Assembly (NCBI GenBank): GCA_964016885.1
Contig: OZ024746.1
Span: forward strand, 41,850,001 to 41,914,000
Length of the DNA: 64,000 nucleotides
Reading direction: 5' to 3'
Source: Eledone cirrhosa
Taxonomy: Eukaryota
Each line of letters begins with the position of its first letter. The first letter of the stretch is position 1. Made by a program: the position numbers and the translations under genes. Below are positions 41,807 to 55,060 of this stretch, one piece after another. The notes under the pieces were generated by a model, which was not told where the DNA came from, made no database searches, and saw only the letters and a program-made list of their open reading frames with translations.

Positions 41807-42455
41807 TAAATATAGATATACATATATATACATATATATACATATATATATATACATATATATACATATATATATATATACATATATATATACGTATATA
41901 TATATATACATATATATATACGTATATATATATATACATATATATATACATATATATATATATACATATATATATACACATATATATATACACATATATA
42001 TATACACATATATATATACACATATATATATATACATATATATATATATACACATATATATATACATACATATATATACACATATATATACACATATATA
42101 TATATATATGGTATATATATATGGTATAAGCTCTCTGAACTTTTTCCATCCAGTTCTGACTCTAGCTACTGTACTTTAAGAGCACCCTCCCCCACTGCTG
42201 ATTTTATCACCCAGGTAACGGAAGCTGTCCACTATTTCTATAGAACCATCTGTGCAATGGAATGAGTTAGTATTCTGTGGGCACTTGCTGCTACTTATTG
42301 CACCAGAGCACCGGCCACATGTAAAATCTATATTCTTAGTTAGCTTACCTGTGATCCCACTACATCTTTTATGTACCCATACTTTGCATTTGGGACGTAA
42401 AATGGAGGTTCTACCTACTCCTTTCCTACACACTGAGCATGACCATTTCCCAGAT
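40904..42455 (-). mobile_element. Truncated RTE LINE split by a microsatellite at about 41698-42121
   Basis: ORF pieces 41256-41693 and 42176-42455 (CSVCRKGVG...WVHKRCSG...CGRC, FRYLGD); collinear with 52270-53530. Confidence 0.9.
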
Positions 42456-42545
42456 ATATCTATATACATATATATATACATATAGATATACATATATATA
42501 CATATGTATATATACATATATATATACATATAGATATACATATAT

Positions 42546-42590
<45 letters not shown>

Positions 42591-42661
42591 TAAATATAGA
42601 TATACATATATATACATATATATATATATACATATATATACATATATATACATATATATAT

Positions 42662-43464
42662 ATTCCGACCACCGCTTCTTGGATTACCCACACGCGTTTT
42701 GACTTCCAACCAAAATCTCCATACATCCGTGTAACTTACCACTTTCAACCATCCTCTTACACCATCACCTATATAACTCACCCACACACACATCCCAAAA
42801 CAATTTTTTTTTTTTTTATCCACACGCCACCCACACCCACAACACGCTTAAACCACACACACGTGCTTCCCACCACATATTTACACCCTCAGCCCCCTGA
42901 TTCCTCTCCCCCCACCCCCCATATCCACACAGGCACAGACCCTCCGACACACAAAAACACCCCCCACACACACCTTCCTGAACATGCAACCCCGTTCTTC
43001 CCCCAACCCTCACTTTCACATACACACACACACACGCACACCTAACCACACACACCACCTTCAGCCCTCCCCGCTCAGACACCCCGTCTCCCTCTCCCCA
43101 CTCCACCCACCACCACCTCTACTCCCCCCACACCCTTCCACCACCTGTTTACCCCCCTTTTAACTTCAGTTTATTTTGATCATGCCTTTATTTTTAAATG
43201 TTCTCATTCCTTGTATTTTGATCATGCTTTATTTTTATTTATTATTTATTATATTTTTGTCTTTATTTGTTAATTTTTCATTCGTACCGTTTCCTTTCGC
43301 TATATGTCTCTCCACCACTCCCCTACACACCTTTTGAACTCTCACCTGAAGAAGGGCTTATGCCCGAAACGTCGTCCTCCACCTACACCCCACTCTCCTG
43401 AGCGTGAATTTAATAAACATTTATCGTACTGCCTCTCTGTTCTGTCCCTGTTCAATTTTTCATT
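42662..43464 (+). mobile_element. Probable PLE 3' remnant with a C-rich low-complexity middle
   Basis: Hammerhead motif followed by AATAAA and (TA)n; coding similarity not resolvable by eye. Confidence 0.5.
43344..43375 (+). ncRNA. Minimal PLE-type hammerhead ribozyme
   Basis: CTGAAGA-A-GGGC-TTAT-GCCC-GAA-ACGT-C; stem I only about 2 bp. Confidence 0.7.
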
Positions 43465-43544
43465 ATACATATATATACATATATATACGTATATATATAT
43501 ATACATATATATATACATATATATATACATATATATATATACAC

Positions 43545-43575
<31 letters not shown>

Positions 43576-43578
43576 CAC

Positions 43579-43616
<38 letters not shown>

Positions 43617-43800
43617 ATATAAACATACATATATATACACATATATATACACATATATATATATACATACATATATATACACATATATATACATATATAT
43701 AAATATACACATATATATACATATATATATATGTATATAGACATATATATATATGTATATACATATATATAACAATATATATATACACATATATATATAC

Positions 43801-43844
<44 letters not shown>

Positions 43845-43881
43845 ATATACATATATATATATATATACACATATATATACA

Positions 43882-43959
<78 letters not shown>

Positions 43960-43966
43960 TATATAC

Positions 43967-44009
<43 letters not shown>

Positions 44010-44016
44010 TATATAC

Positions 44017-44047
<31 letters not shown>

Positions 44048-44094
44048 CACATATATATGCATATATATATAAATATATATACACATATATATGC

Positions 44095-44121
<27 letters not shown>
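43465..44121. repeat. CA-interrupted (TA)n microsatellite
   Basis: Direct reading. Confidence 0.97.
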
Positions 44122-44125
<4 letters not shown>

Positions 44126-44700
44126 ATTTTATTGTTCATTTTTTGTCGATTCTATTAAATGATGAATAGCTCCTGTTTATTTTAACATGTCTATTGAGCA
44201 CTCTTATTCGATATGTGATTTTCCACATTTTCCCGAATATTTTTTGCGGATATAGAGGTTATCGCCCTTGCTGAATTCCATGTGCGTTTTTCAACTTGGG
44301 TTATGCCTTTTTATTCGTTCGGACAAAAGCTCGTTGAGAAAGTAATTCCTGTCCGCTGCTTTCTAGAAGTCTTATATATTTTTATGTGGGCTGATAGAGG
44401 GTGATTTCAGGATTTACAGAAACCCAAGAAGCTAGATTTACCATCTTTCTAGCGGGTCCGGGTAAGCTTTTTACATTCATTTGATTTATTGATTTATTGA
44501 TATTTTATCTGAGTGACCCGGATCTTCCAGATCGTAATTTTTCGGTCGTATGGTTGATTTTAGACATGTTCTATGTGTGTCGGTATTTTAACGATAGTTA
44601 TAGCTCTGATTTATCTGAATTATTGAGCCCTATGCCGCTCATTTCGAATTTTGTTTATCGTGAACTCGTGCGCCGATATTTCGATACTCGATTATTCTAC

Positions 44701-44734
<34 letters not shown>

Positions 44735-44737
44735 CAC

Positions 44738-44782
<45 letters not shown>

Positions 44783-44853
44783 TATACATATATATATATA
44801 CACATATATATACATATATATATATACACATATATATACATATATATATACAC

Positions 44854-44884
<31 letters not shown>

Positions 44885-44931
44885 AACATATATATACATA
44901 TATATATATACATATATATATATATACGTAC

Positions 44932-44978
<47 letters not shown>

Positions 44979-45049
44979 CATACATATATATACATATACA
45001 TATATATATATATACATATATATATACATATACATATATATATATACAC

Positions 45050-45082
<33 letters not shown>

Positions 45083-45085
45083 CAC

Positions 45086-45138
<53 letters not shown>

Positions 45139-45175
45139 CATATACACATATATATATACATATATATATACACAT

Positions 45176-45209
<34 letters not shown>

Positions 45210-45411
45210 ATATACATATATATATATATACATATACACATATATCTGCATATATATATATATATATACACATATATATGCATATATATATATACACATA
45301 TATATATACATATATATATATATACACACATATATATATATATACACATATATATACATATATATATACATATATATACATATATATATATATATATAAA
45401 CATATATATAC

Positions 45412-45446
<35 letters not shown>

Positions 45447-45463
45447 CATATATATATACATAC

Positions 45464-45496
<33 letters not shown>

Positions 45497-45501
45497 CATA
45501 C

Positions 45502-45552
<51 letters not shown>

Positions 45553-45585
45553 CGCATACATATATATACATATATATATAAAAAT

Positions 45586-45619
<34 letters not shown>

Positions 45620-45620
45620 A
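44701..45620. repeat. CA-interrupted (TA)n microsatellite
   Basis: Direct reading. Confidence 0.97.
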
Positions 45621-45834
45621 TATTGTTATACTTGGGGAGGGTCATATTTGTGTAATATTGCCAGAATTAATAACAGAACACACTCACTGTTTGGTTGGTT
45701 TTCGCTTCTCGCTGTCTTTTATATCTGCGTTCTAACTTAATCGGTCCTCAATGTTGCCATTGACTGACCAACGGTCAAAAATAATACAGATACAATATAG
45801 ACACAAACACATATATATAGTTTACATAATTTAC

Positions 45835-45873
45835 ATAAATCTTTCGTTGCACATCTGCAACATCGTCAGTGGT
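45835..45873 (-). ncRNA. Minimal hammerhead ribozyme in the PLE 3' UTR
   Basis: CTGACGA-T-GTTGCA-GATG-TGCAAC-GAAAGATTTA; stems I and III weak. Confidence 0.65.
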
Positions 45874-46172
45874 GTTATATTTTTTCCTCCTGTTGTGTTG
45901 TATGTCTACGCCATTTTTTATTCAGTCTGTCTATATATTTATTTATTTATTTGCTTGTTTGTTTATTTTATTTTGTCTTCTTTGCGCATGCGTTTGCGTG
46001 TGTGTATAGTGTTACGTTTGCTGTGTGACTAGTGTGTATAGTGTTGTGTCTGCCGGGTGACTAGTGTGTGTTTATGTGCTTGTTGTTATTGTGCTTGTGT
46101 ATGTATTTATTTATCTTATTTTATTTTATTTTATTTACTTATTTATACTTCTCTTAGGTCAGTGTTGTTTGT

Positions 46173-47405
46173 TTAGGTGTTGTTGTTGTTCCACTCATTC
46201 TTTCTGTTTAGCTTTGGTCTTCTAATTTCTATTTCACTGGCCTCTCTGATTTGCCTATCTGCTGGGTCATTCCTATGTTTAGATATTATTCTAATTTCTA
46301 TGTTGTCTATGTTACCGTCATGTTGTTGTCTAGCATGTTCGTATAGTACTGACCCGTTTTTTCGTCCTTTTAGTTCCCCCCAGTGTTGGTCTATCCTTTC
46401 ACCTATGCTACGAGCTGTTTCGCCTATGTATGTTGTTGTCATGTTTCTGCAAGTACCCTCTGTACATCTTATGCTATAGACTACGTTTCTAGTTTTACAG
46501 TTTATCCGGGGGTTCATCTTACATATGATACATTTCCTATTGGTACAGTGGGTTTTCTTAAAGGGGTAGGTTTTGCTGATCAGGGATTTTATGGTGGTTC
46601 CTGGCTTTTCTACCACCTTTATTTTTAAGTGGGTCTTTCTCAGGGCCTTTCTACACTGGTTAGCTAATTTCCCTCCAGGGGTGGCGTCCACAAACATGAC
46701 ACTCTGATATCTCTGGTTGTCGTACCATGATGTGGCCTTCCCTATCTTATGTCTAGCCCTATCTAAGCTATTCCATGATTTGCTCCTGTATAATGGGCAA
46801 ATTCCTTTCATGTCCAGTTCTATGAGGGTCTTATACTTTTCCATGGCTCCTTCGTATACTCTGACTCTGTCTCTTTGGTTGTAGCCAGAGAACTGCATGC
46901 GGTTGATGAAGTGTTGGATGTGTCTTTCCATTTCTGTTGGGTCGCACATGCTGGACACATTCTTCATCACTCGTACCAAATCTGCGATCAGAATATTAAA
47001 CTTAGCACTACTGGACATTGCTGAGTTTTTGAGTATCAGGTATTTGGAGGCCATGGGTTTAGCATAGTGTGAGTGGAGAATTTGGGCTCTCTCGTCTATA
47101 GTGTTAATCCAGAGTTCTGTGTCTAATACAGGTAGTCTATTGTTAGGGTGTTTGGAAGGGAAGTCGATAGTTACAGTTATACTCTGGTGTATGGAATTAG
47201 CTATCTGCTGGATGCTTTCCATCGTGCTACGTTCTAATTCAAACTTGTTAGTGCTCTCTAGTGGGGGTGTTCTTATAACTATATTGATATCGTCTACATA
47301 ACGAGAGTACATGATGAGGTCTATGGAGCTTTCATTAAGGAGATCTTTAAGTCTCCTTTCCCACCATACCATGAAAAGGTTGGCAACATCACCAGCTATG
47401 CTGAC
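46173..47405 (-). CDS. PLE RT C-terminal half plus GIY-YIG endonuclease; open frame but 5'-truncated
   Basis: [20 protein letters not shown], Cys-rich linker, NVVYSIRC...[22 protein letters not shown]...PKLN. Confidence 0.9.
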   Translation of the reverse strand, partial: VSIAGDVANLFMVWWERRLKDLLNESSIDLIMYSRYVDDINIVIRTPPLESTNKFELERSTMESIQQIANSIHQSITVTIDFPSKHPNNRLPVLDTELWINTIDERAQILHSHYAKPMASKYLILKNSAMSSSAKFNILIADLVRVMKNVSSMCDPTEMERHIQHFINRMQFSGYNQRDRVRVYEGAMEKYKTLIELDMKGICPLYRSKSWNSLDRARHKIGKATSWYDNQRYQSVMFVDATPGGKLANQCRKALRKTHLKIKVVEKPGTTIKSLISKTYPFKKTHCTNRKCIICKMNPRINCKTRNVVYSIRCTEGTCRNMTTTYIGETARSIGERIDQHWGELKGRKNGSVLYEHARQQHDGNIDNIEIRIISKHRNDPADRQIREASEIEIRRPKLNRKNEWNNNNT

Positions 47406-47519
47406 GCCGTTATTAATTCTGGCAATATTACACAAATATGACCCTCCCCAAGTTTAACAATATTTGTTTCGACAATATTTGTTTCGACACACGATTTCAT
47501 ATAAAAAACCTCGCTAAAC

Positions 47520-47594
<75 letters not shown>

Positions 47595-47680
47595 CATATA
47601 CATATATATATATATATACATATATATATACATATACATATATATATACATATATATATATACATATATATATATACATA

Positions 47681-50600
47681 TACTCTTTTACTCTTTTACC
47701 TGTTTCAGCCAGCCGGCTGAGGCCATGCTGGGGCACCGCCCTTGTTGCTACACATTTTATCTCCAGCTTTTATAGGTTGGCCACTGGTGTAAGAAGGAGT
47801 TTGTTTTGCTACTCTTAGGTTTCCCTCATGTCTTGCTGTGGGCTCATCCGGGATCCTGGATAAAAAGGTGTCGAGATGTTTCTTGAAGACATCCACCCCA
47901 CGTCATGCAAGTCTCTCAGATCCCTCGGCAGCCTGTTGAAGAGTTGACGGCTCTTGAATCCCAGGCTATTGCAATACCTGCTCCTTATTCTAGATGTGGA
48001 AGACGGGACCTTTGGCACCACACAGTGACGTCCTGTTCGACTGTTGGTCCAGCTCCCAATGCCAAAGTTTGGTGCTAGTCCCTCCAGGATTTTCCACATG
48101 TAGATCACTGCGTATCTCTCCCGTCTTCGCTCCAAGGAGTAGAGGTTCAGTTCCTTTAGCCTCTCCCAGTAGCTTGTCTCCCTCATCTTGGCAATCCTCT
48201 TGGTGTAGCTTCGCTGGATTGCCTCAAGCTCCGTGGTTAGTTTGACACTATGGGGTGACCACAACTGGGAGCAGTAGTCCAGGCGGCTAAGGACAAATGT
48301 CCTCCATAGTGTCAACATGGTGTCTCGATCTCTTGTCCGGAAAGTCCTCAAGATCCAGCCAGCGAGTCGTCTACACATTGTCGCCACTTTCATGATGTGT
48401 GAAGAAAAAATGCATCATCGCTCATGTCTATGCCCAGGTCTCGTATCGATTTTGACACGGGGATATCAGTCCCTCCTGGTCCTGTGTAGTTGTGTTCCAC
48501 TATATTTGTGTTTGCAGGTTTGTTTGGAGGTTTGTATTGTAGGGCTTGGAATTTGCCAGCATTAAACTGCATGTTGTTTTCTTCCGCCCATTTGTATATG
48601 GCATCCAGATCCTGCTGTAAAAGGGCAGCGTCAGCCGGGTTTTTGATTTCCTGTGCTACCTTAGTGTCATCAGCATAGCTAGTGAGGGATGTTGTTGTTA
48701 ATACTACAGAGGGTATGTCTGAGAGAGCCACCAAAAACAGTAGTGGTCCCAGGACTGTCCCCTGGGGTACCCCACTTGTTATTGGTGTTTCCTTTGAGAG
48801 GGACCCATTTGCTGCGACTGCCTGGCTTCTATCCCTTAGGAAGCCATGCAGCCACTCACCTACTTTTCCAGTTATGCCGAGTCCGTGTAGTTTGTGACTA
48901 TCATTCCGTGGTCGACCTTGTCAAAGGCCTTCGCAAAGTCAAGATATATCACGTCCACATGTGAGCTGTCTAGTAGTTGTCTCAGTACCCAGTCATAGTG
49001 ATGTAGCAGCTGTGTAAGGCAGCTTCTTCCTGGGCGGAAGCCATGTTGCGTGCTAGTCAGGCGGTCATTTTCCTCGAGGAAAGTGATCAGTTTCTTTCTG
49101 ATGACTCGCTCCATGACCTTACTGATATGTGACGTCAGGGAGACTGGCCTATAGTTTTTGGCCTCCGCTCTGCTACCTCCTTCATGGATAGGGAATATTG
49201 TGCCTCCTTTCAGCTCCCTGGGTAGTACACCGCTAGCCAAGGAGCTTCTGAAGAGCATCTTCAGTGGAGTTGCTAAGGCCCGCTTACATATTTTTAAGAG
49301 AACTGCTGGGAATCCATCAGGTCCAGCAGCCGAGTCTGTTCTAATTTCATCAATGGCGTACACCACATCCTCCTCCGTTATGTCTATGTGGTTGATGGTT
49401 GCCATTTCTTCATGTAGTGTTGTGGCATCAAAGAACTCCTCTGGCTTCGTTATTTGCATGTGCCTCAGTGGACATGTGAACACACTTTTGTACTGTTCGT
49501 TCAGTATTTCACATATCTCTTGGGGGTTTTCGGTTAATGAACCGTCCGTATGGAAGAGTGGCCCAATCTTGCAGTGTACTGAGGCAGTCTCCTTTGCAAA
49601 TCCAAAGAAGGCCTTAGAGTTTGTTTTAATGTTTTCTATGGCCCTGTTCTCTTTCTTTGCCCTCTCATTCTCATGGGAAAGTTTGAGTGCAATCTCGGTT
49701 TCAAGTAGTGCACGTTTCAAATCGGATTCCTTCTTGTTTTTGTTTTGTTGACTTTTCAACTGGTTTGAGAGTTTAGTTCTACGTCTCATAAGGATTTTCC
49801 TATCTCTGGGAATAAGATTTTTGTGTCTGTTTGCCTCTTTCTCCGGGACAAACTTTTTGCATATAGTGTGTATCGTTGTCATGAAGTGTTGAAATTGTGT
49901 GTTAGTGTCTTGTGTGGCGGTGTTTTCACTCCATGTTTGCTTCCGAATTTCTCTCTTAATCTTTTTCCAGTTAGCCTTGTAGAAGTTAAGGCTGGATAGC
50001 GTCCCGGAGCTTCTTGGTGGTTTTGTCTCTGTTGGTTCTCTTGGACCACATATCATTAGCTCTACTAAGTTATGATCCGAGAGAATTGTTGGTGTCACCT
50101 TTAAATTGTGGATGAGCACTTCGTTGTTTGTAAAACAGAGGTCCAGGACATTTTCGCCTCTTGTTGGGAGGAGTATTGCTTGCTCCATGAACAGCCTGTG
50201 TGTGAGGGCGAGCAGGGATTCCGTCTGTCTCTGTTTTATTGACGTCATTCCAGGGAGGAGGTGGCCCTCAAGCCATTTGACCATTGGTAGGTTGAAGTCT
50301 CCACTCCCAGCAGTAGGATGTTGAGACCCTGGTCCAGTTTGTCAAGGACCTCTTCTATCCTACTTAGGCTACCCTCAAATTTACCCTCATGACTGGGGAC
50401 ATTGGGCGGCCGATATGTGACACATATTACTGTCTGTAGTTGCTTCATATGTATTATCAGTGTGTCACAGACTGAGTTTGAATGTGTCAACAGTACAATT
50501 GGTGTGACATCTTCACGGATATACAGAGCAACCCCACCATGAGTTCTCTCCTTCCTGTCCGAACGAAATACAGTATATTTCGGTATATGTATTTCTGCAT

Positions 50601-51221
50601 CTGCTATACTGCTTGTCAGATGCGTTTCGGTTAGTGCCATGCATAGTGCTTGATTGCTTATGGCTAAGTCTCCCAGGTAGGAAATTTTACTCATGTTACT
50701 GAGTTTCACCAGGCCTCTGACATTCAACAGCAGCACTGGTGTGACTTTTGGGGTGCCAGTAGTGGCTGTCGGTATGACACTTGGTCTGGTGTCAACGGCG
50801 GCCACTCTGGGTCCCTTAACTGTGGTGGTCTCAAGTGCTGGTGTGGATGACCCTGGCTCTGGAGATGATGCAGCCAGGTCAGCTGTCCCACAATCTTCTC
50901 TGCCATCACTAAAAAAATTTCTGCTCTGCTGCTGCCATCTGTATCTCGTCGGCATGTGCGTGCCTTCTCCTTGTTGGTGCGGCACGCGCGACATCAGCAT
51001 ACTTCTGGAGCGGCTTATTTCGGCTTTGGCTGGGGCATGTTGAACGAGTAGGATGGGCATAGTTCGTTTGAGACCTAGGGTGGGCGAATCTGCATCCCAT
51101 CCCTGTCTCTCCATGCCAGCATGTCCCGTTCTTGAAAAACTTGCACATTACTTGAATTTTTTTGCTCGCAGTGTCTCGGTGCTTTCTGTTCTTCCTTTGA
51201 ACAGTTGTCCACTGGTCTCTC
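47681..51221 (-). mobile_element. CR1-group LINE: end of ORF1 (CCCH finger), APE endonuclease and RT, several frameshifts
   Basis: [23 protein letters not shown]; NVRGL, LTETHL, GGVALY, SDHNL; QHGFR, YLDFAKAFDKV, YADD, LERRRER; tandem AAAGAGTA-type tail. Confidence 0.92.
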
Positions 51222-51303
<82 letters not shown>

Positions 51304-51398
51304 CATATATATATGTATACATATATATATATACATATATATATACATATATATATATACATTTATATATATATACATATATATACATATATATATAT

Positions 51399-51515
51399 AA
51401 GTTGTAATATAATAAAACGAAATTTCATTTCTCACTCTTAGTACGGCACTTAAATGTAAGTATGTATGTATACGTACATACATATATGTATTCAGACGTA
51501 CAGTAGCATGCATAT

Positions 51516-51566
<51 letters not shown>

Positions 51567-51973
51567 CAGGTACACATATATATATGTACGTATCAGTTTA
51601 GCGGACGTTTATTATAACGCCCGCTTTGTCCGTTTGTAAACAAGCGGACAGCCTGATTTATGCCGTACGGTGTTAAGGCAACCACGTCACCTTTTTGTTC
51701 AACACTGACAGAGGAACGATGTACTAGTTTCAAGCTTCTTAGCTATCATCAGCACCGTTTACCCTTCTGCCAGATAGTTGAATGTTCGAATAAATATGGA
51801 ATAAATCAGGCTGTCCGCTTGTTTACAAACGGACAAAGCGGGCGTTATAATAAACGTCCGCTAAAGTGATACGTACATATATATATGTGTACCTGTATAT
51901 ATATATATGTATATATGCATGCTACTGTACGTCTGTATACATATATGTATGTACGTATACATACATACTTACA
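51399..51973 (-). mobile_element. Small non-coding fold-back element (PLE-type end) with a hammerhead in the spacer
   Basis: Arms 51455-51661 and 51801-51973 are inverted; (TA)n flanks. Confidence 0.8.
51715..51759 (-). ncRNA. Minimal type I hammerhead ribozyme with intact core
   Basis: AACGGTG-CTGATGA-T-AGCT-AAGA-AGCT-T-GAA-ACTAGT-A-CATCGTT; 7-bp stem I, GUA triplet. Confidence 0.82.
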
Positions 51974-52160
51974 CATATATATATATATGCATATATATAT
52001 ATATATATATACATATATATACATATATATATACATATATATATATATGCATATATATATATATATATACATATATATACATATATATATATATATACAT
52101 ATATATACATATATATATATACATATATATATACATATATATATGCATATATATATATAC

Positions 52161-52225
<65 letters not shown>

Positions 52226-52228
52226 CAT

Positions 52229-54033
52229 ATCATCATCATCATCATCATCATCGTGTAACGTCCCTGTTCCACGCTTGCATGGGTTTGGACGGGGGTTTTC
52301 CCACTTGAGGCAAGAGTGGTTGTCTTGCTCGCATAGGACTGTCTGGCGGGTTTTCTACAGCTGGATGCCCTTCCTAACACCAACCACATTTACAGTGTGG
52401 GGCTGGGAGGTTTTTACCGTGTTGCCTACACAGCCACATTAGAGCGTGGACTGTCTGGCGTGTTTTCTACAGCTGGATGCCCTTCCTAACACCAACCACA
52501 TTTACAGTGTGGGACTGGGAGGTTTTTACCGTGTTGCCTACACGGCCACATTACAGCGGGGACTGTGTGTTTTTTTGTCGTGACACCTACACGATCTCAT
52601 TTGTTTCGGCCTGGATGTTGTGGTACCAACGTAACTTTGCATTGAAGGGGGCGGTGTGGATGGGGTGGGGGTGGTGGGGCGGGGTGTATTTTGTTAGAGA
52701 TGCCTACTGACTGTAGTAGGTTTTACTTTGTATTTAGGTAAGGCGGGTCTTCTCTGTTACTGAGTACCGCCAAAGGTCTCGGTCCAGTGACATTGTCTTG
52801 GAGAGGTGTAAGTGTGTGAGGTCGGAATTTATCAGCTCGTCCCAGGTTTTCCTGGGTCTGTCTACTCCGTGGCTACCATCTTTATTGCCCTGCACTTTGT
52901 TATACAGCTGTCGTCTTTCATGCGCATCACGTGACCATACCAACGTAGCCTTCTCTCGAGTAAACAACATCTGATCCCTCTTATTTCTAATTTTTTCCTT
53001 AGTTCGTTTATGCTCTGCCGTTCACGTATATTACTATTACACATCCAGCGGAGCATGCAAGCTTCGTTCCTCTCTAGTCTGCGTATATCCTCTGCACACA
53101 ATGCCCAGGTCTCACTGCCATGCAACATTGCTGTTCGTATGCAGGCATCATACAACCTGCCTTTCATTTTTAGGGAGAACCCTTTAGCAGCTAATAGTGG
53201 TATAAGCTCTCTGAACTTTTTCCATCCAGTTCTGACTCTAGCTACTGTACTTTCAGAGCACCCTTCCCCACTGCTGATTTTGTCACCCAGGTAACGGAAG
53301 CTGTCCACTATTTCTATAGAACCCTCTACGCAATTGAAAGAGCTAGTATTCTGTGGGCACTTGCTGCTACTTATTGCACCAGAGCACCGGCCACATGTAA
53401 AATCTGTGTTTTTAGTTAGCTTACCTGTGATCCCATACATCTTTTATGCACCCATACTTTGCATTTGGGACATAAAATGGAGTTTCTACCTACGCCTTTT
53501 CTACACACTGAGCATGGCCATTTCCCGGAGGGGACCGGCGCCTTATTTTCTTTCCTACAAACTAGAACTTTAGTCTTAGCCAGGTTAATTTTAAGGCCTT
53601 TCGATTCTAGGCCGTGCTTCCATGTTTGGAATTTCTTCTCTAGCTCGGCTATTGATTCAGCTATGAGCGTTAGATCATCTGCGTATAGGAGTTCCTATGG
53701 GCAGCCGGTCTTGAACTCCTCTGTTATAGCCTGAAGGGCAATAATAAATAGCAGGGGGCTAAGAACAGAGCCCTGATGGACACCAACTTTTACGCTAAAC
53801 TCTTCACTATATTCGTTGTTAATTCTAACCTTGCTGACTGTTTCTTTATACATGGCTTGTATAGCTCTCACAAGCCATTCATCAACACCTAGTTTTCTAA
53901 GAGACCACCAGATAATGGAACGGGGGTCTCTGTCGAAGGCTTTCTCCAAGTCGACAAAAGCTAAGTATAGGGGTTTACTTTTAGCTAGGTACTTCTCCTG
54001 TAGTTGTCGTACAATGAAAAGAGTGTCTGTGGT
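52229..54033 (-). mobile_element. 5'-truncated RTE LINE with (ATG)n tail and PHD-like insert in the RT
   Basis: [28 protein letters not shown], Cys/His cluster, [14 protein letters not shown]; about 97-bp duplication in the 3' UTR. Confidence 0.92.
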
Positions 54034-54047
54034 ACATATATATATAC

Positions 54048-54078
<31 letters not shown>

Positions 54079-54257
54079 CACATATATATATATATATATA
54101 CATACATATATACATATACATGTATATACATATATATATATACATATATATATATATACATATATATATATACATATATATATATACATATATATACATA
54201 TATATATACATATATATACATATATATATATACATATATATATATATACATACATAT

Positions 54258-55060
54258 ACGTGAACGGCAAAGCATAAACGAACTAAGGAAAAAATTAGAA
54301 ATAAGAGGGATCAGATGTTGTTTACTTGAGAGAAGGCTACGTTGGTACGGTCACGTGATGCGCATGAATAGACGACAGCTGTATAACAAAGTGCAGGGCA
54401 ATAAAGATAGACGGTAGCCACGAAGTAGGCAGACCCAGAAAAACATGGGATTAGCTGATAAATTCCGACCTCACACGCTTACACCTCTCCAAGACAATGT
54501 CACTGGACCGAGACCTTTGGCGGTACTCAGTAATAGAGAAGACCCGCCTTACCTAAATACAAAGTAAAAACCTACTACAGTCAGTAGGCATCTCTATCAA
54601 AACACACCCCCGTCCCACCACCTCCACCCCACCCACACCGCCCCTTTCAATGTAAAGTTATGTTGGTCCCACAACATCCAGGCCGAAACAAAGGAGATCG
54701 TGTAGGTGTCACGACAAAAAACACACAGTCCACGCTGTAAATGTGGCCGTGTAGGCAACACGGTAAAAACCTCCCAGCCCCACACTATAAATGTGGTTGG
54801 TGTTAGGAAGGGCATCCAGCTGTAGAAAACCCGCCAGACAGTCCACGCTGTAATGTGGCCGTGTAGGCAACACGGTAAAAACCTCCCAGCCCCACACTGT
54901 AAATGTGGTTGGTGTTAGGAAGGGCATCCAACTGTAGAAAACCCGCCAGACAGTCCTATGCGAGCAAGACAACCACTCTTGCCTCAAGTGGGAAAACCCC
55001 CGTCCAAACCCATGCAAGCGTGGAACACGGACGCTAAACCTGATGATGATGATGATGATG
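54258..55060 (+). mobile_element. 5'-truncated RTE LINE, same subfamily, opposite orientation
   Basis: Approximate reverse complement of 52229-53027; ends in (GAT)n. Confidence 0.9.

Larger units (their letters stand above)
45621..47520 (-). mobile_element. 5'-truncated Penelope-like element (Naiad-like) with a short inverted copy of its 3' end
   Basis: 45621-45673 is inverted at 47410-47462; (TA)n flanks. Confidence 0.88.

Noticed and set aside
45621-47405. Selenocysteine/SECIS, reported for some Naiad elements
   Set aside because: No in-frame TGA in the retained ORF and no SECIS-like hairpin recognisable by eye.
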